From: Corallococcus sp. RDP092CA
GTDB lineage: Bacteria; Myxococcota; Myxococcia; Myxococcales; Myxococcaceae
Direction: 5' to 3'
Length of the DNA: 64,000 nucleotides
Assembly: GCF_041903675.1 (NCBI RefSeq)
Contig: NZ_JAYESI010000001.1
Span: 32,643-96,642 of the forward strand
Shown here: positions 39,890 to 52,244 of the stretch, one piece after another
How the letters are laid out: every line of letters begins with the position of its first letter
Position numbering within the stretch: position 1 is the first letter of the stretch
Translations under genes and position numbers: made by a program
The notes under the pieces: model-generated
Told to the model about the DNA's origin: nothing
The model's database searches: none
The model's input: the letters and a program-made list of their open reading frames with translations, nothing else

Positions 39890-42574
39890 ATGCGACTGCT
39901 CCCACTCCTCGTCCTGGTGGCGCTGACCGTCCGCTGTGCCCACGCGCCGGAGGCCGCGCCGCCAGTCTCCGCGCCCGCTGCCGTCTCCTGGCCGGAGGCC
40001 CTGCCTCCCGCGCTGCGGCTGCCGGACACCGTGCGGCCCGTGCACTACGCGCTGGACCTGAAGCTCGTGCCCACGGAGGCCACCTACCCGGGCAGCGTCA
40101 CCATCGACGTGGAGGTCCGTGAGCCGGTGCGTCAGGTGTGGCTGCACGCGCAGGACCTGGAGGTGACGCGGGCTCGCGTCACGGCGGGGGGCCGCACGTT
40201 CGACGCGAAGCCCGTCACCGCGACCGAGGGCCGGCTGGGCTTGCTGCTGCCGGAGGAGCTGCCCGTGGGGAAGGCCCAGCTCCTGCTGGACTTCACCGGC
40301 CAGGTGGACCGCGAGCGCAGTCAGGGCCTCTATGGGGTGGCGGAGGGCGGCGAGTCCTACCTCTACACGTTCTTCGAGCCCATCGACGCGCGCCGCGCCT
40401 TCCCTTGCTTCGACGAGCCGACGTTCAAGGTGCCGTGGCGCCTGCGCTTCACCGTGAAGGCCGGACACGTGGCGCTGGCCAACCACCCCGTCGTGTCGCG
40501 CGAGCCGCTTCCGGACGGCCTGGAGCGCGTCACCTTCGCGGAGAGCAAGCCCATGCCCAGCTACCTCGTGGCCTTCATGGTGGGGCCGTTCGACGTGGTG
40601 GAGGCGGGCGCCGTGGGGCGCACGAACGTGCCGCTGCGCTTCATCGTGCCCAAGGGGCGGGGCGCGGAGACGCGCTTCGCCGCGAGCGTCACCCCGCGCA
40701 TCGTGAAGGGCCTGGAGGACTTCTTCGACCAGGCGTACCCCTACGAGAAGCTGGATGTGGCGGTGGTGCCCCGGTACTGGGGCACCATGGAGCACCCGGG
40801 CATCGTCGCGCTCGGGCAGTCGCTCACGCTCATCCCGCCTGGCGAGGAGACGCTGGCCCGCCGCAGGTCCTACACCTCCATCGCCAACCATGAGCTGGGG
40901 CACTACTGGTTTGGCGACGTCGTCACCTGCTCGTGGTGGAACGACATCTGGCTGAACGAGTCCTTCACCTCGTGGCTGGACCGGCAGACGGTGGACCGGC
41001 TGGAGCCGTCCTGGGACTTCCAGCAGGAGCACGCGCTGGCCGCGAGGCGCTCCGCGCTGGCCGCGGATCTGCTGGAGGTGGCGCTCCCCGTGCGCAAGCC
41101 GGTGGCGAGCAACGACGACATCGTCGGCTCGTTCGACAACGGGACGACGTATAGCAAGGGCGCGTCCGTCATCGCCATGTACGAGGCGTGGCTGGGGCCG
41201 GAGCGCTTCCGCGACATCCTCCGCGGCTATGTCCGCAAGCACGCGTGGCAGGTCGCGACGATGGAGGACTTCCTCGCGGACCTGTCCCAGGCCGCTGGAC
41301 CGGAGGTGGCGAAGTCGTTTGGTGGGTTCATCGAGCGCAGTGGGGCGCCGCGCATCACCGCAGAGCTGTCGTGCCCGGCGGGCGGCGCTCCGTCGGTGAA
41401 GCTGTCCCAGGAGCGCTACCTGCCCGTGGGCTCCAAGGCGGACGCGCGGCGGGAATGGCTGGTGCCGGTGTGTCTGCGCGTGGGGACGGGCGCGCAGTCG
41501 TCGCGGGTGTGCTCGATGTTGCAGGGGCGCTCCGCGGAGGTGGCGCTGCCCGTGAAGCAGTGCCCGGCGTGGGTGCTGCTCAACGCGGGCGGCATGGGGT
41601 ACTACCGCGGGGGCTACACCCGCGAGCAGTTGACGAAGCTGCTCGCGACACCGGCTTCCGCCTTCACGCCCGCCGAGCAGGTGTCGCTCTGGGGAGACGT
41701 GGACGCGGCGGTGACTCGGGGCGACCTGCCGCTGGGCGAGGCGCTGAAGGCGGTGCCCGCTTCCGCGAAGTCGACGAACCGCCTGGTGGTGCAGGGGGGC
41801 GCCTCGCTGCTCGCCCAGGTGCGCGTGGATCAGCTCACGCAGGAGGAGCGTCAGCGCTTCCGCGCCTGGGTGGCGTCGCTCTACTCCGCCCGAGCGCGGG
41901 CGATGGGGTGGGTGCCGAAGCCGGGCGAGGATGACTCCGTGAAGGAAGCGCGCTCGCTGTTCCTCCGGCTGGCCGGCGGGCTGGGAGATGACCCTCGGCT
42001 GGCGAAGGAAGCGCTGCCCCTGGTGCGCGCGTGGCTGGCGGACCGGAAGTCGGTGGATCCGGAGGCGTTCAGCAGCGCGCTGCCCCGGGCGGCGACGCAC
42101 GGCGATGCGGCGCTCTTCGACGCGCTGCTGGAGGCCGCGAAGAAGGAGCAGGACCGCACCGAGCGCACCCGGCTGCTGACCTCGCTGGTGTACTTCCAGA
42201 ACCCGGACCTGCTGGGGCGGGCGCTGGGGCTGGTGGTCTCGCCGGACTTCGACGTGCGGGACACGCTGATCCTCCTCCGGCTGGCGCTGATGTCACCGGA
42301 GTCGCAGGCGCTGGCGTGGAAGTTCTACCAGGCGCACTTCGACGCGCTGACGCAGCGGCTGCGCTCGGATGATCTGGGCCGGCTGATCGGCGAGACGGGG
42401 AACCTCTGCGACGCCAGCGCGCTGGCGCAGGTGGAGACCTTCCTCACGCCTCGCGTGGGCAACATCGAGGGCGGCCCGCGCTCGCTCGCCCGGGCGCTGG
42501 AGTCCATCCGCCTGTGCATCGAGTCCCAGAAGGTCCAGGCCCCGAGCGTCAAGGCGTTCCTCCGCGCCCGGTGA
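39890..42574 (+). CDS. pepN: Aminopeptidase N (M1 family), secreted.
   Basis: Signal peptide. HELGHYWFGD zinc motif plus the downstream NESFTSW Glu. An ERAP-like C-terminal helical domain. Confidence 0.9.
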   Translation: MRLLPLLVLVALTVRCAHAPEAAPPVSAPAAVSWPEALPPALRLPDTVRPVHYALDLKLVPTEATYPGSVTIDVEVREPVRQVWLHAQDLEVTRARVTAGGRTFDAKPVTATEGRLGLLLPEELPVGKAQLLLDFTGQVDRERSQGLYGVAEGGESYLYTFFEPIDARRAFPCFDEPTFKVPWRLRFTVKAGHVALANHPVVSREPLPDGLERVTFAESKPMPSYLVAFMVGPFDVVEAGAVGRTNVPLRFIVPKGRGAETRFAASVTPRIVKGLEDFFDQAYPYEKLDVAVVPRYWGTMEHPGIVALGQSLTLIPPGEETLARRRSYTSIANHELGHYWFGDVVTCSWWNDIWLNESFTSWLDRQTVDRLEPSWDFQQEHALAARRSALAADLLEVALPVRKPVASNDDIVGSFDNGTTYSKGASVIAMYEAWLGPERFRDILRGYVRKHAWQVATMEDFLADLSQAAGPEVAKSFGGFIERSGAPRITAELSCPAGGAPSVKLSQERYLPVGSKADARREWLVPVCLRVGTGAQSSRVCSMLQGRSAEVALPVKQCPAWVLLNAGGMGYYRGGYTREQLTKLLATPASAFTPAEQVSLWGDVDAAVTRGDLPLGEALKAVPASAKSTNRLVVQGGASLLAQVRVDQLTQEERQRFRAWVASLYSARARAMGWVPKPGEDDSVKEARSLFLRLAGGLGDDPRLAKEALPLVRAWLADRKSVDPEAFSSALPRAATHGDAALFDALLEAAKKEQDRTERTRLLTSLVYFQNPDLLGRALGLVVSPDFDVRDTLILLRLALMSPESQALAWKFYQAHFDALTQRLRSDDLGRLIGETGNLCDASALAQVETFLTPRVGNIEGGPRSLARALESIRLCIESQKVQAPSVKAFLRAR

Positions 42575-42592
42575 GCCGTCCGGGCGAGCGTC

Positions 42593-42994
42593 TCAAGGCC
42601 CATAGGGACACAGCTTCAGCATCTCCGCGATGGGTGGGCGGCAGAGCTGCAGGAGCTGTGTCTCGTCCAGGAACGAAGACCTCCGCGCCTTGAGGTAGCA
42701 GGACGCGGGATCATCCGAGGGCGTGGCGTACTGACAGAGCTGGAGCGCCTGGAGGTCCGCGAGGAAGCCGCTCTCCTGGACCCGCAGGAAGCACCGCGCG
42801 GGGGTGTCGGAGCGGGCACCCTGGCAGAGCTGGGCCGCGACGCTCTCGCTCACTCCGCTGCCCTCGCGCGCCGCCTGGAAGCAGGAGTATTGCGGCGCGC
42901 CCTGGGGTGGTTCTTCCAGCTGTCCCACCGCTGGAAGCCCGAGCAGCCCGGCCGCCAGCCCCCAGCATCGTCTCCAATGGCCTCGCTTCATCAT
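42593..42994 (-). CDS. Small secreted Cys-rich protein with three ~28-aa repeats.
   Basis: Signal peptide. Three repeats sharing C-(F/Y)-L...LQLC. Confidence 0.45.
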   Translation of the reverse strand: MMKRGHWRRCWGLAAGLLGLPAVGQLEEPPQGAPQYSCFQAAREGSGVSESVAAQLCQGARSDTPARCFLRVQESGFLADLQALQLCQYATPSDDPASCYLKARRSSFLDETQLLQLCRPPIAEMLKLCPYGP

Positions 42995-43166
42995 GCACCC
43001 CCTGCGGAAGGTAGGGGAGGCATGGCCCGGATGGGAGGGACGGGCGGGGGGACGGCCGTCATGCGCCGGCTGCTTCAGCCGTGCACGGAGCGGCGGTCGG
43101 CGGGCACGGCCGCCCGGTCATTCAGGCCGGAGGGGAGGCATCGGATGAACCGGAGGCCACGCCGCT

Positions 43167-43637
43167 TCACCGGGGGGAGGCGTGCCGAGCCCAGAGGATG
43201 TCCCAGGGCCAGTCCGGGAAGGTCTCCTGGGGCGTGGTGATCCGCGCCAGCACCTGGGTGGCGGCGACCTGGGCGCCCTGGCGCCGCGCCTCGTTGAACA
43301 GCTGCGTGCGCAGGCCGGGCCCGTCCACCCAGGCCGCGAACAGCAGGCCTGACTCCCCCACGGGCTCGGGCGGGGACAGGTCCGGAGCGCGAGGCTCGAG
43401 TCCCCAGGACTCCAGGACGTCCTCATACACCTCGTCCAGGTCCATCAGCACCACGTGGACGCCTCGCGCACCGCAGGAGCAATCCCAGCCCAGGCCTCCC
43501 TCCAGCAGGCCCGAGGAGAGCGACCGTGCGGGGGAGAGCGCGCCGCACAGGCCACACCTCACCGGGGCCGTGCTTCGCACGCTTCGGCTCTGTTCATCCA
43601 GGGTGAGGTGAAGCACCTCCGTGGGGTCGTTCTTCAT
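43167..43637 (-). CDS. Hypothetical protein with putative zinc-ribbon cysteines.
   Basis: RCGLCG...CSCG pairs. Otherwise unknown. Confidence 0.35.
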   Translation of the reverse strand: MKNDPTEVLHLTLDEQSRSVRSTAPVRCGLCGALSPARSLSSGLLEGGLGWDCSCGARGVHVVLMDLDEVYEDVLESWGLEPRAPDLSPPEPVGESGLLFAAWVDGPGLRTQLFNEARRQGAQVAATQVLARITTPQETFPDWPWDILWARHASPR

Positions 43638-43771
43638 GCGTTCATGCGGACGACCCGTTCCAGCGCGGAGATGAGCTGCATGCGTGTCATTGCGAGAGGT
43701 GGCTCTTGGAAGAGTCTACAGATACCGGGGCCGGCGCGGGGCCGCCTCCCGACACTGTCCGGGCCTCCGGC

Positions 43772-46218
<2,447 letters not shown>

Positions 46219-46222
<4 letters not shown>

Positions 46223-46548
46223 GGGTCCATCTTCTCCAGCAGTTGTTCGAGGCGATCGACGTGCTCCGACCAGAACGCGCGGTAGTGCGCGATCCAGTCG
46301 ATGAGCGGCTTCAGCCCGCGCGGATCCACCCGGTAGTAGGTGCAACGTCCTGCACGCCGGCCCTTCACCAGACCGGCGCCCTTCAAGGCCGCGAGGTGCT
46401 GGGAGACCGCGGGCTGCGAGATGTCGAATCGCGCCGTGAGGTCCTTCACCGCCGCTTCGCCACGCGCGAGTGACTGGAGAATCGCCCGGCGGTTCGGGTC
46501 CGCCAGCGCCTGGAAGAGCTTGTTCTCGGCCACGGCCACGCGCTGCAT
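46219..46548 (-). CDS. ArsR/SmtB-family transcriptional regulator.
   Basis: LADPNRRAILQSLARGEAAVKDLTARFDISQPAVSQHLAALKGAGLV winged-helix HTH. Confidence 0.85.
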
Positions 46549-46556
46549 GCGCGACG

Positions 46557-46574
46557 CATAAGCTGATGCTTATG
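46557..46574. promoter_or_regulatory. Candidate ArsR operator: inverted repeat CATAAGC-TGAT-GCTTATG, 9 nt upstream of the arsR start codon.
   Basis: Perfect 7-bp arms in a locally AT-richer promoter region. Confidence 0.4.
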
Positions 46575-46879
46575 GGTAGTCAAGCATGCAGGGCGCGGCC
46601 CCACGTCCAGACCGTTCCAGCCGTGATCGCGGCGTGTCTGCTGGGGGCCGCCGGCGCCGAGGTCGAGCCGTGGACCCTCGACGGTTTCACCTGCTGGCTC
46701 GGGCCGGCGAAACACGAGCGGCGGTGGTGGGCCGCCGGGCTCGTGTCCGCCGATGATGTCACCCCCCGGGTCGCGGTCACCGGACCGCGGGTTCCGCGCG
46801 AAGCGCTCGGGGGGGCTGCTCGCCGCTGGCGCGGCCCGCGTCGAGGACGCGTCCGCGCGCGAGCGGCGGAGCAGCGCGC

Positions 46880-48793
46880 TCAGATGTTGATGCTCTGGGG
46901 AATGGCCGAGGGGATCAGGTAGGGGTAGGGGAAGAGGCGCGTCGTGTTGCGCTGCTCGATGGTGGCGCCGATGCGTGCCAGGTCCGCCTGGAAGACCTTC
47001 AGGTGGCTGTGCACGTGCCGGTCCTTGAACCACTGGAGGGGGTAGTGACCGAGCTTCGTGTGGTGCACCGAGCCGAGCAGGCTGAGGATGTCCACCTGCT
47101 GGGCGGCCATGTCCATCGGCGGGTACTGGTCGAGGGGCATGTCGCGCGCGGCCTCGGCGCGGGTGGTGGGCGCGGCACGGTAGGCGGCGCCGGGCGCGAT
47201 CGGCACGAACGTCATGACCCCGGCCTGGGCGAAGTTCACCGCCGCGTGCTGCGCGCTGCCGGTGAAGATGATCATCGTGAGCGCCTGGATGAGGTAGTCC
47301 ACCGTGGTCAGCTTGCCCGGGATGCCGTCCTCACCGAAGCCCTTCACCCGGCCGCCGTCCTTCGCTGCCGCCTCGGCGCTCCAGGCCTGGAGCGCGGCGT
47401 CGTCGGTCACCGCCGAGTCCGTGCTGTAGTAGATGCCCACGTACGCGCGCACCCAGTTCTCGATGGCGCCCCACAGCAGCCGCGCATCATCGCGGTAGGG
47501 GTAGTCCAGGTCGGGATCCGTCATCCCGCGCTGCCGCAGGGAATGGGGCAGCATGCCCTGGTTGAAGTCGAACGAGGAATCCTCCAGCAGCGACTCCACC
47601 GCGACCTTCTGGCTGGACTGGATGGTGCCGGCCAGCATCTGGTCCACATTTCCGCCCGGCGCGATGAGCTTCTCCGCCGCGGACTGGTTGATGGCCAGCG
47701 TGCCCTCGAAGTGCGGACGCAGGAGCAGGCTCACCGGGTGGTCATCCGGCAGGTTGCGATGGGTGGCGACCACGAAGGGCTCCACGAGCAGGTGCGTGTG
47801 CGCCAGATGCGAGATGAGCTCGTGGTGGTTCACGTCCGCCACGGAGACGACCGTCTTGGCCTGCATCCAGGCCTCGCCGTCCGCGGGCGTGAAGAGCGGG
47901 TAGGCGCTCGCGTCCTGGCCGCAGCGGATGCCCAGGGCACGCAGCCGGCGGAGACCGCTGCCCGCGGGCAGGCCGAACAGGGCGCGCGGCGCGAAGCAGT
48001 ACTTGGGGCCGTCCGGGAAGTTGCCGTTGATGACCCGCGAGAGCGCCTTGTAGTCCGCCAAGTACAGCCGGCCCTCGTCGAGCGCGCGCTGGACCGTGTC
48101 AGCCTCGCCGAGCACGGCGCGCAGGGACGCGTCCGTCAGCCCGAGCGTGTCCTCGAGCGTGCGGGCCTTGCGCAGGGTGAGCGGGTTGAAGCCCGCGACG
48201 CGCAGCCAGGCGAAGGTCGCGTCCTCCTCGTAGCTCGGGGCCACCGCGGGCAGGGGGAGGGTGGTGAAGAGATTGAAGTAGTCGAGCATCGAGCCTGGCC
48301 GGCCCGTGGGCTTGATCGTGATGGCCTCCATCACCAGCTTCAGCACGTCGAGCACGCTGCCCAGCTCGTTGTTGAACGCCTTTCGGGCCAGGAGCGCGGC
48401 CTTCGCGGCCAGCTCGGCGGCCTCGCCGAACTCGTGGAACTCGCCGAACAGCTTGCCCGCCATCGTCGAGGACGGGGGAAGCGCCTTGAGGTGGCTGAGC
48501 TCCATCCGCCCCACGCCCACATGGGACAGGTCCACGCTCAACGACGGGGCGGTGGGCGCCGCGCCTTCGGGCGCGCCCTCGTGCTTGCGCTGCTCCTGCT
48601 CGTGGACCCACTGCAGGCGGTTGTTCGCGATGTGGAGGAGCTGCACGATGACCTGGCCCCACCACTCCAGCGTGGGCCGCTGACTCGCCGGGACGTCCTG
48701 CGCCAGCGCGAGCGGGGCGATGTAGGTGTAGTTGTACTGGTACTCGGACGTGGACGGCTCACTGTGCGACGACACGGCTTGCGCGGATGACAT
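46880..48793 (-). CDS. Lipoxygenase.
   Basis: His-rich iron site (HELISHLAHTHLLVEPFVVATHRNL) and a C-terminal ...SINI (terminal Ile as an iron ligand). An ATG at 48862 is an alternative start. Confidence 0.8.
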   Translation of the reverse strand: MSSAQAVSSHSEPSTSEYQYNYTYIAPLALAQDVPASQRPTLEWWGQVIVQLLHIANNRLQWVHEQEQRKHEGAPEGAAPTAPSLSVDLSHVGVGRMELSHLKALPPSSTMAGKLFGEFHEFGEAAELAAKAALLARKAFNNELGSVLDVLKLVMEAITIKPTGRPGSMLDYFNLFTTLPLPAVAPSYEEDATFAWLRVAGFNPLTLRKARTLEDTLGLTDASLRAVLGEADTVQRALDEGRLYLADYKALSRVINGNFPDGPKYCFAPRALFGLPAGSGLRRLRALGIRCGQDASAYPLFTPADGEAWMQAKTVVSVADVNHHELISHLAHTHLLVEPFVVATHRNLPDDHPVSLLLRPHFEGTLAINQSAAEKLIAPGGNVDQMLAGTIQSSQKVAVESLLEDSSFDFNQGMLPHSLRQRGMTDPDLDYPYRDDARLLWGAIENWVRAYVGIYYSTDSAVTDDAALQAWSAEAAAKDGGRVKGFGEDGIPGKLTTVDYLIQALTMIIFTGSAQHAAVNFAQAGVMTFVPIAPGAAYRAAPTTRAEAARDMPLDQYPPMDMAAQQVDILSLLGSVHHTKLGHYPLQWFKDRHVHSHLKVFQADLARIGATIEQRNTTRLFPYPYLIPSAIPQSINI

Positions 48794-49082
48794 GTTCGCT
48801 CCCGGTTCGATGTCGGGCCCGGCTCGTGCTCGAACCCGTGTCGTGCGTGACTGCACCTTCAATGCCAGGAACTCCCACGGGACGGCCCGTCGAGTCCCCA
48901 GGGGCGCGCGGAGTCGCGGCGCTCCGGTTGACGTGTCACGCGAGGAATTGACGCGTCATGGGGCGTCAATTCACGGGGGGGAGAGGGAGGTGTCCCCAAG
49001 CCCGCGCCGCGGTTGAGCCTGCGTGAGCCTACCCCTCCAGAGGGATTCTCCGGGAGCGGTGAAGAGTCCTATTGGATGCCCC

Positions 49083-49814
49083 ATGCACATGCGCTCCCTC
49101 GTCTTGTTTTCATTGTGTGTCTTCCTGTCTCTCTCTACCGCGTGCCTCGGGGATGAAGGGTCCCTGGGATCCCAGTTGCCTCCTGAAGCCTTGGAGCCTC
49201 CGGCGCTTGCCGACAGCCTCGTGGGCGCGGTTGTCTGCGAGCCCGGCAGGACCTTCTGCGACGGTGCTCACCTCTTCTCTTGCAGCCGGTCCGGCAAGGA
49301 CGCGTTCAGCCTTGGCACTTGCGCGGGAGGCTCCGCCAACAACCCGGTGGGCTGCTTCACGACGGAGTGCCCCGGTGGCGCCACGGCGTGCTGCCGTCCC
49401 GAGAAGGTCCGGTGTGAGTGGTCGTTCACCAGCCCTGCATTCTCGGGCCGGACCTATGAGTCGGATAAAGACAAGGACACCGAAGGCTATTGCTCGGCGC
49501 CCTCGACCTGCGAGCAGCGCAGCCTTGAGTTCTCTATCGCCTCGCCGTTGACGACGGGGACGTGCCCCGTCCTGGCCAGTCGCTCCATCCACGTCACCGT
49601 CGGACGCCCGCTTCCGATTGGACAGATCGTGACCCTGCCGGATTCGAGGGTCTCCATTCATTCCGGCAGCGCCACGACCGCCTGCTCCGCGTGGACGGGG
49701 ACGCTCATCGTCCATTCGGATATTCCCAGCTGGCGGGTGAGCCTTGACGTGACGTGCAGCAATCCTGGGGCGAGCGATATCCGCCTCGTGGGCTCCGCCA
49801 GCGGAGACGTCTGA
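49083..49814 (+). CDS. Cys-rich lipoprotein, hypothetical.
   Basis: Lipobox LSTAC. Many Cys residues. Confidence 0.5.
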   Translation: MHMRSLVLFSLCVFLSLSTACLGDEGSLGSQLPPEALEPPALADSLVGAVVCEPGRTFCDGAHLFSCSRSGKDAFSLGTCAGGSANNPVGCFTTECPGGATACCRPEKVRCEWSFTSPAFSGRTYESDKDKDTEGYCSAPSTCEQRSLEFSIASPLTTGTCPVLASRSIHVTVGRPLPIGQIVTLPDSRVSIHSGSATTACSAWTGTLIVHSDIPSWRVSLDVTCSNPGASDIRLVGSASGDV

Positions 49815-49894
49815 TTCCTCCACTGGGCGCGGCGCCTCCATGGCCTTCTCAGACGCTTCCTGGATAGAGTCGCGCTCCACGCAAGCAAGGAGAA

Positions 49895-50209
49895 ATGCCC
49901 ATGAGGCGTCTGCTGCTCTCTTCCCTGGCGGTCCTGTCCCTTCAGTCGGTGGCGTGTGGCGCTGGAGCGGAGGAGGCCGAAACCCAGGCTCCTCCCGCGG
50001 CGGTCGCGGATGACAAGACCCAGCTGGGTCCCATCAACGGCCTCAAGTATGGGACGCACGTGACCTACTACAGCGACAGCACGCACACGGTGGAGGTGGG
50101 CATGGCGGAGTGGGGCTGCCCGCCCTCGACCTACCTGGTCAACTGGGGCGTGGAGTCCGGCTACTCGAGCACCTGGAAGTTCCTCTGCGCCATGGAGCCG
50201 CAGGGGTAG
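49895..50209 (+). CDS. Small secreted lipoprotein, hypothetical.
   Basis: Signal/lipobox SVACG. 104 aa. Confidence 0.5.
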   Translation: MPMRRLLLSSLAVLSLQSVACGAGAEEAETQAPPAAVADDKTQLGPINGLKYGTHVTYYSDSTHTVEVGMAEWGCPPSTYLVNWGVESGYSSTWKFLCAMEPQG

Positions 50210-50219
50210 TCTGCCCGGC

Positions 50220-50736
50220 ATGCCGCTGAAGGTGATGACGCTCAACCTCCTGGAGTGCGAGCTGGAGACAGGCGCGGAGCCGCTGACTGTCTTCGCGGCC
50301 CACTTCGACTCCCACCACGAATCCCTGCGCTTCGTGGAGGCGCTACCTGCGCTCCCTGATCGACCCCGCGGCCTTCGGTGAACGGGCCTTCGTGCTGGCC
50401 GGCGATCTCAACTCCCTGTCCCGCGCGGATCCCTATCCGGTGGATCTGGCCGACCGCGTCCGCCGCGCCCGGGTGGACCAGTACGGCCATCCGCCTCGCT
50501 TCGACGTCATCGATGACCTGGAGGGCTTCGGCTGGGCGGACACGCTGCGCCTCAAGCCGGCTTCGCCCCAGTGGGTCACCGCCCGACGCCAACGCGACGG
50601 AGCAATCATCGACTTCCGCACGGACTTCGTCTTCGCCTCACCCGCGCTGGCCCGACGGCTGCTCGCGGCCCAGGTGGTGGACGTGGGCACGGCCTCCGAC
50701 CACCACGCCCTGGCCGCGAGCTTCAGCGACGCGTGA
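50220..50736 (+). pseudogene. Decayed endonuclease/exonuclease/phosphatase (EEP)-family gene, with an internal deletion plus a frameshift near 50341.
   Basis: The N-terminal piece MPLKVMTLNL...FAAHFDSHHESLRFVE is in one frame and stops at ~50378. The C-terminal piece YLRSLIDPAAFGERAFVLAGDLNS...GTASDHHALA is in another frame (track ORF 50392..50736). The central ~100 aa of the domain are missing. Confidence 0.4.
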
Positions 50737-50745
50737 GGTGCGCCC

Positions 50746-51132
50746 TCAAGTCAGCTCGTGGCGTAGGAGGGACTCCGCCTCCGCCACGATGGCCGCGCGG
50801 ATCTTCCCCTTCAGGGGCGCTTCGTTCTGGAGCTGCTCCTGGATGACCGCCGTCTTCCCGTAGAACAACCACATCGAGGAGTGACCAGCTCCGCTGGCGG
50901 TGAAGACCCGGACCTCGAAGTAGCGCTCCTGCTTGCCCTTGTCCCCGCTCAGCGGGGACACCCGCAACTCGACGTCGCCCACGCCGTCCACGAGTGCACC
51001 GCCCGCGAAGCGGGTGCTCAACGCGGTGAAGGTCCCCGTGTCGGGCACGCCCTGGCGCACGCGCTCCGACAGCTCGTGGAGCGCGGCGCCAATCGCCTGT
51101 TGCAGCTTCTGTTCATTCAGGACGACCTGCAT
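50746..51132 (-). CDS. Small hypothetical protein (128 aa), immediately downstream of the disrupted gene.
   Basis: ATG 8 nt after the upstream stop. No motif recognised. Confidence 0.4.
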   Translation of the reverse strand: MQVVLNEQKLQQAIGAALHELSERVRQGVPDTGTFTALSTRFAGGALVDGVGDVELRVSPLSGDKGKQERYFEVRVFTASGAGHSSMWLFYGKTAVIQEQLQNEAPLKGKIRAAIVAEAESLLRHELT

Positions 51133-51140
51133 GCGGCTCC

Positions 51141-52242
51141 TCAGGGTGACTTGTAGCGGGCCTTGATGGCCGCGATGGAGCGTTCGAGCGCCTGGAACCG
51201 TTCGGTGCTCAGGATCGGGTTCAGCCCCGGGGGCAGCGGAGGCGCGGTGGACGCCTTGCCGAGCTCCATCATGCGGGCGTGGATGTATGCCGGCTTGAGG
51301 TACTGGAGGTATTGCGCTTTCTGTGCCTGGGTCAGCGCGTCCATGGCGGCCTCCATGGGCTTGACCAGGCTCTGGAGCTCCACCTCCGCGGCCTTCGGCA
51401 CATTGCGCACGAGCGGCTTGCGCAGCAATACGTCGTAGGGGATGTGCTCGGCGTTGGCGATGGCCAGCACGTCCTTTCCGATGAGCTGCAACTCGCCGCG
51501 CACGCCATTGGCATGCTTCAGGTATGCGCACACCACCGTCTACCCGCTGTCCATCACCTTGTCGTTGATGACCAGCTTCTTTCCGGCGTCGAGCGCCGCG
51601 GCGCTCAGCGTCTCCAGGTGTTCGGGAGTGAAGTCGGGCTTGCCTCCCGGCCCATGGAGATTGTTGAGCTCGACGACCTCCAACTCCCCCAGGCGGATGG
51701 CCTCCGCGAGCCGGTTCACCGCCCGCGTTATCGCCGCTGGCGAGGTGTCCGACAGGACGAGCCGCGTGCCAATGGCATCCCAGAGGTTGGTGATGGCCTC
51801 CTCGACGGTGGTGACCTTGGCCTTGAACCGGTCGATCGCGCGCTGCAACCGGTTTGAGCAACCGGAGCGCGGTGCCCACGCCCTTGGCCGTGGCCCACAT
51901 CGCCAGGGCCTCGACCAGGACGCCCGCGAGGACCCCGATGACCTCGGCCAGCTCGCGCGCCGCCTCGTCCAGCCGCTGTGCGTTCCCTCGCGCGTCCCAC
52001 ACCTTGCCGAAGAACTTCCCGAACGCGGTGCTCTCGCGGAACCACGGAACGGGCGGAGACGTCGAGCCCCTGTCCTGGCTGTGGATCCCGTGGCGTGGGT
52101 CCAGCCGCCGTGTTACTGAAGCCGCAGCCACCCGACACTCCCGATGGCGGCGCGACGCTTCGTCGTGGCCGTAGGGGTGTCCTCGGGTGGCTTTGCTCAA
52201 CCGTCGCCTCCCGAGCTTCAACCACGTTGTCGCCGGAGGCAC
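51141..52242 (-). pseudogene. Disrupted gene of unknown function: frameshift at ~51850 and an in-frame TAG at 51540-51542.
   Basis: Protein-like sequence switches from the frame of the 498-aa ORF (...LAGVLVEALAMWATAKGVGTALRLL) to the frame of ORFs 51540..51848 and 51141..51536. Those two ORFs are in the same frame and separated only by a TAG (...VINDKVMDSG*TVVCAYLKHANG...). Confidence 0.35.
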
Positions 52243-52244
52243 CC

